From Mustelus asterias (Eukaryota), in contig NC_135809.1 in the NCBI RefSeq assembly GCF_964213995.1, forward strand, positions 36,456,001 to 36,520,000: DNA of 64,000 nt, given 5' to 3'. The number at the start of each line of letters is the position of its first letter. Position 1 is the stretch's first letter. Positions 24,240 through 36,429 of the stretch are shown here, piece by piece. The position numbers were made by a program, and so were the translations under genes. A model generated the notes under the pieces. It was not told the origin of the DNA, searched no databases, and saw only the letters and a list, made by a program, of their open reading frames with translations.

Positions 24240-26400
24240 GTGGCACTATGCAGTCTCACTTTGCTTACCCTACCTGCATGTACTGCGTGACATTCATCAC
24301 TGATATAGGTGTACACATTTGCATCCCCTGTATGTATCCGAGCACATGCAAATAGCACTTTCCTAATGCAGTACCACCCAATCGGTTGATGTGACACACA
24401 GGATACCAAAACTGGACAACATGGCTCCAAGCAATGTGTTGTTCAGAAATGAAAAGAGAAGATGAAGCAGCAAAATGGACCAGGTATTCAAGGTAAGTAA
24501 AATTTATAGAACTTTCTCTACTGGAAAGTATCTGAAAGAGATCTCGTGTTTTTGGAAGTGTTTCTGGTGCACTTGACAGAGGGATGGCAGGGGAGTGGGT
24601 GACCCGCCCACACAAGGTTGCAAGCATGGGACCAGCAGTGACACTGCCATTGGCTCTGCAGCATAGCAGGAAGATGGAGCAGAGACTGCTGAGCTAGCGA
24701 TTTCTTCATCATGTCCTCTGCCTTAGTTAGAGCCAGAATCTGCCATGTCCCTTGACAGTAATTGTCTGGTAAGTCAGTCAATGCACCCAGTCTCTCGATA
24801 CGTTTGCTTATTCATCACTCTCCTGTATATGCCACCCCCCACCCACCTCCCACAATCCACCCCAATCAAGGTCCTTATCTGAGTCCTCTGTAGTGCTACA
24901 CAACTCAGTCTCTGGTGCCCTGCCAAATGAGCCAATCCTAATCTCTGACCTGCTTGCAGCCCATTCATACTCAGTGATTCACCATGTGTTGATGATCTTA
25001 GCTCTCTGCTTGCCTCCAAGGTAAATAGGTAAGTGCAGTGCCTGTATCTGAGCTGGTGGATGTCAGATCAAGTGTCATGGCCTCTTCTTCACTTGCTCTC
25101 TCCTTTTCTCCCGGAGTTGCTGTGTCTGGGCAGCTGGCTGTTCCTGGGTATCTGAAAGTAGAGATGCAGGATTGGAATGTTGGTTTGAGGGAAGGTTGGG
25201 CAAGGGGGGGGGGGGGGGGGGGGGGGGGGGGTGGGGGGGTGGGGGGAAGGTTTGTGGTGGATGTTGCGTGGAGTGTGGAAAGCAAGAAGGCCATCGTCAC
25301 ATCATCAACAGTTTGCTTGTCATTCCATACAGTAGAATGAGCGGGGAGTGGAGAACGGCCATAAGGCCAACATCCTCTATGTTCTCAGTGATATTGGATG
25401 GCATGGGCTCTGTTGTGTCTGACTCCATGATCCTGAGAGCTGCCTCAGTGTTATGGCTCAGGCGACGTAAGCAGCCTTGTCTGGCACCGGTTCTCTTCTG
25501 CTCCTTCTATTAGATGCCAACTTCCTCTGTAAGAGAGATTGCTGAATGCCAGTGTGTTTGGGGTGATGTGTCTGGGTGGCTAGGGGTTATATGAAAGCAG
25601 TGAGAGTTCGGTGTGAAGCAGAGAACATTGCTAGGTTTGTGAGGTTGAGCTAGTGTTTCTGGATATTAGGTATGAATCCTGAGTATCAGGCAATGCTGCA
25701 AAATAGCACGAGAGGTTGGGATTGGAATGGATCGGAGATGTCACCCCTGCAAGGTCATTAGACTTCTTGGCTAATGCATTGCTTCCAGGTCCTTGGAGTT
25801 AGACTCCAGGAGTTGACATTCTGAGGTAGTTGGGCACTGCCAGTTTACCAGAGCAGTGCCAAGAGGCTGGGGCCTGAGTGGGGATGGGGTCTGAGAGGAG
25901 GCTATGATGGGGGTGTTGTGCAGGAGAGGTAGTACAGGGGTGGAGCATGAAGTGGGGGGTCGTGAAGGGGGTGCAGCATGAAAGGGGACATGTTGGGGAC
26001 ATGAACGGAGGGCATGTTAGGAGTTATGAAGAGGGACCCATTGAGAGGACCCCAATGTCCCGATGCCAGTGGTCTGTGTTGGGGAGAGGGATGGGGAAAC
26101 TTGCTGCCAATGGGGTAGAGGGGTCCCAATCTCCATGGGAGGAGGGAGAGGGTCTCCCAGTGCACTGAGAGATCGGGGCACCCTTTTTAAAATGGCGCTC
26201 ACTTGCTTTGCAGCCGGGTTCACCGGCATGTTCAGGCCCCACCTCATCAGAATCGACACGGAACTCTCCCACCTCCAAATAAACAAGAGTGTGGAATGAT
26301 TGCAGTCCCAATCGCGCTGATTGCTCCAGATTTCTCACCATGATGACGCTGTTTTTTTGGGGGGGTAATTCACGGTCACAGTCTCCGCTACTGAACTCTG
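24240..26400 (-). mobile_element. Decayed DNA transposon with Myb/SANT-like gene remnants (PIF/Harbinger-like)
   Basis: Minus 25820-25745 reads NVNSWSLTPRTWKQC-(4-nt insertion)-AKKSNDL. Minus ~25527-25470 reads cag|..KLASNRR... Boundaries approximate. Confidence 0.5.
25204..25246 (+). repeat. Poly-G tract
   Basis: About 40 nt of nearly pure G. Shorter G runs occur at ~2532, ~19585 and ~37125. Confidence 0.9.
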
Positions 26401-26707
26401 CCTTCCAATAGTCATGTTGTAGCCATTGGGGTAGCACTGCACAGGAGCATTACGTTGTCAACGATTCATTTATTTAGAGGACCTTATGACTGTTTTAGGC
26501 AGCTGACAGAGATAATGCACCAAGCAGTTTGGGTTGAATGTTTTCAGGCATCCGCACCCATTTTCTGTCCGTAAATGAAGGTTTAATTTCTCCTACAAAC
26601 TAAAGCACAGGTTTTAGCTGCAATAATGGTGGATGGGAGTATAATTTAAATAGGATTAGGGGTCCTGGTACATGGTTATTAAAGGGTAGCTCACTCACGC
26701 AAAAGCG

Positions 26708-26835
26708 ATTGATGAAAAGTCATTCATCTGAAACACTGCCTCTTATGTCTCTCTCCATAAAGGCTGCTTGACCTACTGAGTATTTCCAGCATTTTTTCCT
26801 TGGATTTCCTGCATTAGCAGTGTTTTGCTGTTTTG
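26708..26835 (+). mobile_element. Family P1 decayed half-element
   Basis: TGATGAAAAGTCATTCATCTGAAAC...GCTGCTTGACCTACTGAGTATTTCCAGCATTTT. Confidence 0.55.
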
Positions 26836-26852
26836 AAATTCTGATCACAAGA

Positions 26853-27162
26853 TAAAGTTAAAATTTATTTATTAGTCACAAGTAGGCTTGCATTAACACT
26901 GCAATTAAGTTACTGTGAAAATCCTCTAGTCGCCACACTCTGGCGCCTGTTTGGGTACAACCGGGGGAGAATTTAGCATGGTCAATGCACCTAACCTGCA
27001 CACCGTTGGACTAGAGGAGGAAACCGGAGCACCCAGAGGAAACTCACACAGCACAGGGAAAACGTGTAGACTCCACACAGACAACGACCCAAGTTGGGAA
27101 TCGAACCCCGGTCCCTGGTGCTGTGAGGCAGCAATGCTAACCACTGCGCCACCATGCCACCC
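26853..27162 (-). mobile_element. V-SINE type B
   Basis: Same head and V-domain with the type B tail. Confidence 0.85.
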
Positions 27163-27199
27163 CACTAATTGCATACTGGGCTTCCTGATGAATTTTAGA

Positions 27200-27570
27200 A
27201 TAGAAAAGCAAGGAAGAAGTACTGTGATGAAACAATATTCTAGTCAGACTTCATATGGAATATTTGGCGTGGTTACGGGAACCCCATATTGGAGAGAATC
27301 CAGGGATGATTCGGCAGGACCTTACCTGGGATTGGATCTTGCTGAAAGACTGGAAAATTCTGGACTGTTTTCCTTGGAAACTAAAGGAGTAAACATTTTA
27401 AAATGAAACATTTAAAATAATGAAAGGAATTGGGGAATACCATGCTTTGGAGGAACACAGAATCAAGGGACATTACAGTGTCTAAGAATTCAAGCAAAAC
27501 TGATTAAAATTAAATTCAGGAAGTACTTCTTTACATCAAAGCTTATCAGAATATAGAACAAATTGGGGTA
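27200..27570 (+). mobile_element. Highly decayed CR1 3' fragment
   Basis: ERLENSGLFSLE-like remnant. Confidence 0.55.
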
Positions 27571-27954
27571 ATTCATTTTGTCTTATCATATGAGCAATAA
27601 ATCTGGAAATGCCATTGGTCTGCTTTTCACTTAATTGATTGCAGTGGACTAGAGTTGTAAAATGCGGACTGGTAAATTGAAAATAAGAGATGTTTCTTTT
27701 CCAATCGATCAAAAATATGGAAAAGCTTTTTGAAACTGGTTGTTAAAGCAACAATTATACTTTTCAGAAAATGACATTTTTACTTTACACCAAGTCTTGA
27801 ATACTGTCTGTTCTACATCACTCAGTCAGCATAGCTATGACAACTGCAATGATGTTGTGTGTTATAGTTAATAGTAATAAAATAGAAATATCCTTGATAC
27901 GTCCAACAGTATTTACACATTTAGCATCACTTTTGTTCAAGGTGATTTACACTA

Positions 27955-28272
27955 CCCTGCGCTGTACCTTCCAAACACGTGACCCCTACCTTGAAGGATG
28001 AGGGCAATAGATACATGGGAACACCAGCACCCACAAGTTTCCCCCCAAGCCACACACCATCCTGACTTGGAAATGTATCATCGTTCCTTTGCAGTCGCTG
28101 GGTCAAAATCCAGGGATTCTCCTCCTAGCAGCACTGTGGGTGTCCCTACACCACATGGATTACAGTGGTTAAAGAAGACAGCTCACCATTACCTTCTCAA
28201 GGCCAATTATGGATGGGCAATAAATGCCGGCCTAGCCAGTGATGCCATATCCTGTGAACCAAATTCAAAAAC
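27955..28272 (+). mobile_element. LINE 3' end (CR1/L2 group)
   Basis: FAVAGSKSRDSPPSSTVG...LKKTAHHYLLK is a LINE C-terminal remnant, followed by GGGCAATAAATGCCGGCC. Confidence 0.65.
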
Positions 28273-28307
28273 TCACTTATGCATTAGATATATTCCAACA
28301 TGAGGAA

Positions 28308-28646
28308 TTAGAATCATAGAATCATAAATTCCAACAGGGCTGAAGGAGGCCATTCAGTCCATCAAGTCTGCACCAACTCCTTAACCAGGCCCATCCTGCA
28401 CCCTATCCCTGTAACCCTACGCACTTTACCCCGCTAATCCCCTAATCTACACACTAAGGGGCAATTTAACATCAATCCACCTAACCTGCACGTCTTTGGA
28501 GTGTGGGAGGAAACCGGAGTACCCGAAGGAAACCCACGCAGACACGGGGAGAATGTGCAAACTCCACACAGGCAGTGACCCAAGACCGGAATCAAACCCG
28601 GGTGGGTCCCTTGCGCTGTGAGGCAGCAGTGCTAACCACTACGCCA
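28308..28646 (-). mobile_element. V-SINE type A
   Basis: Head, V-domain and (ATTCTATG)n tail. Confidence 0.87.
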
Positions 28647-29330
28647 TAAACGTTTGATTACTCAGAGGTGCGTTTTGTGGACCAGATACTCTTTCAGGAA
28701 CAATCCCCAGGCAAACTATGTCCCCTGAACTATGGCCACTATAAACAGAAGGTGATCTACTTTGGCAGAAAACCATCCCTGCAAAGAAGACAGAAAATTA
28801 ACCCATTGCGCCAGAAAACCATAGAAGCAAAGCAAATTGAAGTATGTAGAAGGCACAATTTTCCACTCAATCATTTAATTCAAATCATCAAATCACTGAA
28901 TCCATTAGCCAACTAAATTTCTATTGGCCTATGTTTAATAAAAGTTAGACAAATCGTTTGATTCACAAACCAACTGGATTGTCAGGGGTGACTTATTAGA
29001 TGTTTGCTGGGGAATTAGGGACCATGGAGAACAGACAAGCAATGCAAAGTAGTGATCCATAGTTGAAATTGCTTCAAACAGAGCAGGCAAAGCTTGACAA
29101 GCTTACTGATAAATCGCAAAATTAGCATTTCATATTCATCCCCGTAAAGGCAGTGGAAGTAAACCAAACCAACTAGAAAGTTCCTTACAATGTAATCCAT
29201 TTAAGGAAGGAAAAAGGTTCTGAGTTCGATAAAATAAACACTGTGGGTTCATCGAAATGAACACTGAGAATATACTGGTGAGTGCAAAATTGCCTGCTGT
29301 TCAACAACATCATGTGTGATGGCAGGAGCT

Positions 29331-29345
29331 GCTGCCCCCTGGTGG
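29331..29345 (-). promoter_or_regulatory. Candidate CTCF binding site
   Basis: Minus strand CCACCAGGGGGCAGC is a close match to the vertebrate CTCF core motif, in non-repeat sequence between STMP1 and the SLC6 gene. Motif evidence only. Confidence 0.5.
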
Positions 29346-29598
29346 TTAATTATATCTCACTGTTCTTACTGTCACTGTTCTTACAGATTAACAAACACCT
29401 TGCAGAAAAATATGGAAGTTGGCAATCATTGTTCATATTTTGCATTTATCTTTCACATTCAAAAGCAATTCACTTTTTGTCAACAAAAATCAATGAATTA
29501 CGATGCTAAACACTCAATGTCGTGATTTTGAATTTGTGCTTTTTTGTTAATCTTGGCAACTGCAGCGCCAGGCTTTTCTTACTCATTTAGGTTGACAA

Positions 29599-30163
29599 CA
29601 CGTATCCTTCTGTACGTGTTTCCATATAGTTACCCAATACCCTTTTAAAATTGTTAGCCTTTGCTAATTACACGTGGCATTTTTAAAAATGAAATTAAAG
29701 GGTATGGCAATTAAATATTTTGGCACCTGTAGGACTCCACAACTAGCCTTAGTACCCTCTGCCATGGAAGGAAAATTGGACATTTCTGTTCACGATTGAC
29801 GTCCTGATTAAAGTAAATGCGTTTGGATGTCTGGTGAGGAGAGGATAATGCTCAACGGTGATGTATTCAAGGTAGAACAGGCTGCTGAGATTCAGTTGCT
29901 AAATTCAGAGATGAAGAGTCATGCGGCTCACCTGCCAATTCGGAATCCTAACCCAACAGGATTGAAGATCTTCAGCGTGAGGATTGAATTATAGGATTTA
30001 CAGCATGAAAGGGGGGGGGGGATGATTCAGCCCATCATGTCAGTGCTGGCTCTTCAAATGGAGCTGACTACAACAATCTGCTGCCTTTTCCACGTATCCT
30101 TCTGTACGTGTTTCCATATAGTTACCCAATACCCTTTTTAAATTGTTAGCCTTTGCTAATTAC
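29599..30163 (+). repeat. 73-bp near-perfect direct repeat (29599-29671 and 30091-30163)
   Basis: CACGTATCCTTCTGTACGTG...TTTGCTAATTAC occurs twice, with one substitution seen. Confidence 0.9.
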
Positions 30164-30600
30164 TCACTGTGGTTGGTATTCTACTGTAGGTTCTTGTAGT
30201 CCTCTGTGGAAAAATATACTTCTAACTTCCTCCATCTTCTTATGATGATCTTGAATCTATGACTTAATTTGCTAATTGGTGGAAATATTCTTTACCCACC
30301 GAAAATCTTTTGTAATGTTCAAAAGCCTCTTACATTTCCCAATTACCCCCTCCTTTTCCAGTGGAGATAGCCACAGCTTTTCGACATCTTTCTTCTTAAC
30401 ACTCACCTCACATTCTATTAAATTTTGACTATATTCTTTCCCTGGTTCCAAGGTGTTTTCTATAAATACCAGAAGTCTATGTAATATAATTGTAGCATAA
30501 CTATTTAAGTTGTGCAAATTCAACATCACTTCCTAGTTTTTATATTCAGTGGCCAATGGAGAAATTCAGAATGCCACTTCAAACATTTTTCTACCTCCAC
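29990..30600 (-). mobile_element. Highly decayed CR1 3' fragment
   Basis: Degenerate CR1 tail and EKLWLSPLEK-like remnant. Confidence 0.5.
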
Positions 30601-30890
30601 TCTCACCATTAAAAGACTTATAGAGCTGACTTACAGTTGGAGGCTACACTGCAGCAAATTCAGGAGTACAACAGAACATTTCACAACGGAGGGATTTGCT
30701 GGAAATTTCCAGTCCTCTTATTCAGACAATAATTGCATAGAATTGATTGGCTTAGAAGCTAAGAGCATGGAGGGGAGTTGTATGTGTTGCTGCAGCTCCT
30801 TAAAGAGTAACCAACACTTCCTGTGGAGGAGAATTAAAACTGGTTTGTATTTGCATGTTTGGAACATGACCCAGGGAATTATAGGTACAT

Positions 30891-30924
30891 AGGGAGGAGG
30901 AGGAGGAGGAGGAGGGAGGGAGGG
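30891..30924 (+). repeat. (GGA)n / (GGGA)n microsatellite
   Basis: Directly visible. Confidence 0.85.
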
Positions 30925-32506
30925 CTCATTCTTGTGACAATATTGAAAGTAACACTGGAAGAGGTTGCAGAAATGAGAGTTGCCTTTTTATGGCTACAAA
31001 GAGGACCCTTCTGAAACAGCATCTGCCAAATTTGCAAAGGGAAAGGTGGCAGAGCAGTTATTGGAGGGTCTTCCTCTCAGATGATGAACAAGTCAAACTT
31101 AGAGCTTTACAAAGTTAAGTATGTGCTGTTGCGATCTATTTAGAATGTACTGATATGACATGGCGTAAGTACACACTTATTCTTCACAGATATGTTCATT
31201 GTCATTACGGTACAGGAGGCCACCATTTGGCTATCACAGGCTGTTTTTTTAGAAAAAAGTTATGCTAAATATTCTGCTTAAAAACAAAATAAGCAAGGTT
31301 ATGGTATAAAAAGTACACGCTGTAGGCACTTGTGGATAGTTCCTTAGATGATAGTGAATAAGAGGTCATTATCTCGTAATGAAAAGTATAAGAAAGAATT
31401 TTGATTCCATCTTGGAATAATGTCCCAACACTCAGCACTTTCCATATCCACGCAGAGATAGCTATGAGAGCCATGTGCTCATTAACACAGAGCACACAGA
31501 TTGCAGATATTACCATTAGAATTGTTTGTCTAAAGCACAGACACACTGGAAAGAAACATCAATCCCCTGCTGACATTAAAATGCTTACTGCTTTGTGAAA
31601 TTTGTTTTCCGAAGAAAATTCAGATAGCTAGGTTGGAGTTGATCCGGAGCTAGATGGTGGTGCACCGTTCACACATATACAAGTTCAAAGAATAACTGAA
31701 TCTTGTAACACACTCTCCTTTGAGATTGTATCCATTATGTATTTCAGGAAATAGGTGCGTTGATTTGGAAGACTAGCTCAAGATTCTAATGGGCTTACCA
31801 GTCTGTGTGTTAATGTAACTCATCCATTAGCTACAGCTCATCACCATTAATTAGTCTCTGAGGCAGTTTGAGCCTCAGTTTCATCTGTGGTTCTCTAAAA
31901 TAGACTTAGAAACCGAATAATGATTTGGTTCTGTCACGTTAAGTGTTTCCTGGGGGTACCTTAAGAAGCGCTGGATTATCCTTTACGTTTTGTTATAGTA
32001 CTTGGCTAAGTTGAATATTGTGTTTCCAGAACCACTGATGGAATTTTCCATTTATCTCATGCACAAACAGCCACTTGTTTATGTTGGGGAAAATAAAAAA
32101 AGACCAACACTAAGACACATTTTGTTACAATACCAGTGACTATATTTCATAATAGAAATTATAATGCACTGTTCTCATAATACAAAAAACAGCACATCAG
32201 AGTCAGCATAGATTTCATGTCATCATCACTGGCTTTTCAATAAACACGAACCAAAATTGACAATCCATTACATCAACACAAGCAGTATCAAATCCCAATT
32301 TAACTAAATGTGGTAAAGCAATAATATATCACAGGTGATATAAATACAGGTGACTCTGAACTAGTGAAGCTGACTGCTTAACAGGGGCTAAATAAATAGA
32401 ACTGAAATTGGACCAAAACAGTTTGATACTGAACGCATCCAGTCAATTTATGCTTGCAACTGAATGCTAACATCCCAATCTTATCCGTGGGCTTTCCACC
32501 TCAGGA

Positions 32507-32581
32507 TCAATTACTCGGTGGTTTTTTTCGGCCTTCTGCGTCCTTCTTGAATTCTTCAAACTTCTTATAGATATTTGGAAT
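32507..32581 (-). CDS. STMP1: Short transmembrane mitochondrial protein 1, last coding exon
   Basis: tcttttcag|ATT CCA AAT ATC TAT AAG AAG...CCA CCG AGT AAT TGA translates to [24 protein letters not shown], matching the STMP1/C7orf73 C-terminus ([23 protein letters not shown]). Confidence 0.92.
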   Translation of the reverse strand: [24 protein letters not shown]

Positions 32582-34607
32582 CTGAAAAGAGAATAAAAAT
32601 CTGAGGATAAACTTTCTGCTGTAAATGTACACATCAAAACCTGGCAATGAACCTTGATAAAACAAACTTCATTGGTTTGACCTATAGAGATTTCCTCTCA
32701 AGAGGTTAGATGGCAGATCCCAGTTTTACTGAGTTACGTGGAACCATCTTACCGCAGTAAAGCGTACTAGCCAATCATATTTGTGAGTTTTTAACCATGA
32801 AATATTAGTATCTAAATTACGGTAATGAAAATTTCTAAACCTGGTAAGTTGGGTGCAAAATTATTTCTGTTACAACCTTTCAACTCTGAGCATCTGATTG
32901 AGTTCATGAACTTTCCCACACGCGTGCCTGCACCTCACTGTTGGTGATGTGTTTTTAAACTATTTTCTTGGAAAAATCGCACTATTTGATGCATAAGCCT
33001 GTAGTAGAAAATGCAAAGCTCAAAACCTCATTTAGGTGAGCATCCATGTTGCGGAGAAGCAGTCGGTGGCAGGGACACAAGCATACATATTAGGAGCAGG
33101 AGGAGTAAGCCACTTTCACACAGTTTCAGAATCATGAGCTTAAGGTACTGGCCATTTTATCATTAACTTCAATGCTTTTGGGACAATTTCCAACACAGCA
33201 GGGCAATCCCATGGATCCTATCTATTCAGGTCACAATGAGTCCTGCATCCAGAATTCACAAAAATTATACTGCTGCTAACCTCATGTAAATTAATCCTGC
33301 ATCCCATTGAAAGGGTAGAGCATTTGCGTATGTGGCCTGAAGCAGACTATATACCCAGAACAGTTTGGATTCAGCTATCCACGAAAGGTGGATGGATCTG
33401 AGTGTCAAGGCTGGGCAGCTTTTTGTTGCAATTATCCCAAAACTCCCCAAGGATCTGCTGATCACTGTTGAAGCTTCCTTTGTTAGTAAACAATTGCAGC
33501 TTTCTAAGCTAATCAATGGAAGTTTATCATGAACAAGCACCTGTGAATGGTCTAGGTGCAGATGTTAGACGGATGGGGATAACGTTGCATCTTTACTTAA
33601 CTTCTTCCATATTAAAACTTAAGAGTACTTTTTGGACAACTCCTTTCCCTGATTAAAGATGCATCTTTGATTTGGGTAGTGTGAGTAAAACCACAAACGT
33701 CATCCTTCTCCGTACCACACCGGTCAACAGTTCCATTATTTAAGTAATAATAATTACATGTGGTTAACCTTGCCCCCACAAATCTAAGTTTTCAGTGAAT
33801 TTGGGAAGCAAGTTTCTTTGACAGTCTTTCAACTTGAGGCAGTCAATCACATTTCTTGAAATTAATTAATTACACTTCCTCCAAAGATTGAGAGGAATTT
33901 TTGAGATATGCCTACAGTTCTAACATGAAATTCTAATTTCGTAGCCTGGTATGCATGTGAATCAAGAAACGTGAGTTACAAGCTACCCACCTATATCAAA
34001 GGTGCAGACATTTGTAAATTTTGCAGCAGCATGAATAGGTTATCTACATAAGGAACAAAATTGCCCTGAAGGAATTAGGTGGTTTTTACCATGGCTTCAG
34101 TGATTTGGAACCACTTGTGGACAAACATAATCCTGGGTCATCAGCAATCTGCTGGGGAGAGGGGCTAGATTTGAACTCACGACCACAGCTAATCCACTGC
34201 TATAACCACTATATGTTATCTGTCACAGAAACGAGGCTTAAAAAAGCCCCTTGCAATTATATGTCGCGAGTCGTTCTGGTTAAAGGGGATAAAATCTGAG
34301 CCACATTAGACTTACCATTGGAGTTAAAAACTACCAGATCCACTCTTGTACAATTGAGTGGGAATGTGGGTTCACACTTCTCAGGTATTGCACTATGGAA
34401 TCAGCACACGATGGTTAAAACAGCTTTCAGTTCTGCTGAACAGGGGTATTTTGTGAAGGTTGGTCGACGAAAGAAAATGGGAAAGAACTGATCCATGTCT
34501 TAAAGATTTGGGACATGTGGTTTGATCACTGTTTATATTAATAAAGTCATCACAATGTTTGGCGGACCATACAACCATGATAATGGGATCATCAGGATTG
34601 TTGAACA

Positions 34608-34959
34608 TGAATCATAGAAGATCATAGAAACCCTACAGCACAGAAAGAGGCCATTCAGCCCATCGAGTCTGCACCGACCACAATCCCACCCAGGCCCTAC
34701 CCCTATATCCCTACATATTTACCCGCTAATCCCTCTAACCTACGCATCTCAGGATACTAAGGGCAATTTTAGCATGGCCAATCAACCTAACCTGCACATC
34801 TTTGGACTGTGGGAGGAAACCGGAGCACCCGGAGGAAACCCACGCAGACACGAGGAGAATGTGCAAACTCCACACAGACAGTGACCCAAGCCGGGAATCG
34901 AACCCAGGTCCCTGGAGCTGTGAAGCAGCAGTGCTAACCACTGTGCTAGCGTGCCGCCC
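34608..34959 (-). mobile_element. V-SINE type A, full length (STMP1 intron 2)
   Basis: Near-identical to 23670-24014. Confidence 0.92.
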
Positions 34960-35581
34960 TAGCAGTTGAGTTTCTCTTGGCTCCATATTATCTGAAATCA
35001 GTATTGTATGTCATTTAATGTATTGTAATTTAATGTTAGTCAGCGCGGAATATACAGATCAAAGGTAGAATTGGTACAAGTGTTTAGGGCTAATCAGTGT
35101 TTGCCATGGTCAGTCTGGAATGGTAACGCATGATATCCAAGTTGTTATATTGAATTGTGGACTCAAGGAATCATATAAACTAGATTCATGTTGTTTGATT
35201 TGACCAAGTACTCTTGTTGGATTGTGTAACATGAGCTCATCAAAGACAGGGACTTGATTGTGCAGTTGTAACAACTGATGTCTGTGTTTAAAGCAACAAA
35301 AAAGCACAAGAAAGCTGTCTTCCAAAGAGCACGTTATTCAAAGATAGTCAAGAGTATGTCACTGATTACTTTCCATGCCATGGAACACATTATGTATAAG
35401 GAAACAAAAAAAAAGAGAAATGAAAATAAAATAAACCAGTTCGATAACTTTGTAATGATGCTGGACTGAAAGATTATAGAAATACCAGAACCATAACACA
35501 TTAGCATTGCGCCCTTCGATTAATGTCTTGACTTAAACAAAATTATCCCTGAGGTGCAATAATTAATTTTCATAAACATAC

Positions 35582-35635
35582 CTGATAATTTTGAGCCAGA
35601 TACATTCCCACTAGGTTTCCAAAAGTAAATCCTAT
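35582..35635 (-). CDS. STMP1: STMP1 coding exon 2 (54 nt)
   Basis: ttcag|ATA GGA TTT ACT TTT GGA AAC CTA GTG GGA ATG TAT CTG GCT CAA AAT TAT CAG|gtatgt translates to [18 protein letters not shown] (human [18 protein letters not shown]). Confidence 0.94.
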
Positions 35636-35805
35636 CTGAAACAGAGCACACACAAAGTTATTAGGACAGGTGCCCACACATAACACTTTATATAGGAAAG
35701 AACATCATAAACATCTTTGAGCATGTGTACATATGACTAAATGTATACTCAAATCTGTCACATAAGGAATGTTAGGGTTGAAATCAATGGAAGTGCAGAT
35801 GATTA

Positions 35806-36112
35806 CGGAGGCACAGTGGTTAGCACTGCTGCCTCGCAGCACCAGGGACCCGGGTTCAATTCCCAGCTTTGGTCACCGTCTGGGCGGTGAGTCTGCACGT
35901 TCTCCCCACGTCTGCGTGGGTTTCCTCCGGGTGCTCCGGTTTCCTCCCACAGTCCGAAAGACGTGCTGGTTAGATGCATTGGCCATGCTAAATTCTCCCT
36001 CAGTGCACCTGAACAGGCGCTGGAGTGGGGCGATTAGGGGATTTTCACAGTAACTTCATTATAGTGTTAATGTAAGCCTTACTTGTGACACTAATAAACT
36101 TTAAAAACTTTT
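35806..36112 (+). mobile_element. V-SINE type B
   Basis: Head, V-domain and tail ending GTGACACTAATAAACTTTAAAAACTTT. Confidence 0.87.
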
Positions 36113-36429
36113 GACGGTCCTCTAAAAAGATATGCGAGGTGATAAAACTTGAGTTATGTGACTAGTAATGAAGTTTCAGTTGGTGCTTCCCTTGCCACAG
36201 TGTCTAATTATATTAAAGCAGCTCTGTGCACTTCAGTGCTCAGCAGCTGCTCCCATTCATTGCTGCCACGACGAAGACATTACGTCAGATTTTCTGCTCA
36301 CATACATCAATGGCAGAGCCGCTCCACTCACATTTGCAGCAACCGACTAGTAATGAATTTTCATAAGGTAGCAAAGCTGTTCAGCATCATTAGCCCGCAC
36401 AGAAACAAAGCAATACAAATATTAAAAGT

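Noticed and set aside
24998-25300. Poly-proline ORFs (also 19463-19732)
   Set aside because: Artefacts of poly-G/C tracts.
28900-32500. STMP1 polyadenylation site
   Set aside because: No unambiguous minus-strand AATAAA was found by eye near the stop codon, so the 3' end is not annotated.
34300-34400. Strong minus-strand donor (ATG|GTAAGT at ~34316) in STMP1 intron 2
   Set aside because: No matching acceptor or frame identified, and the three-exon model already yields the full known protein.
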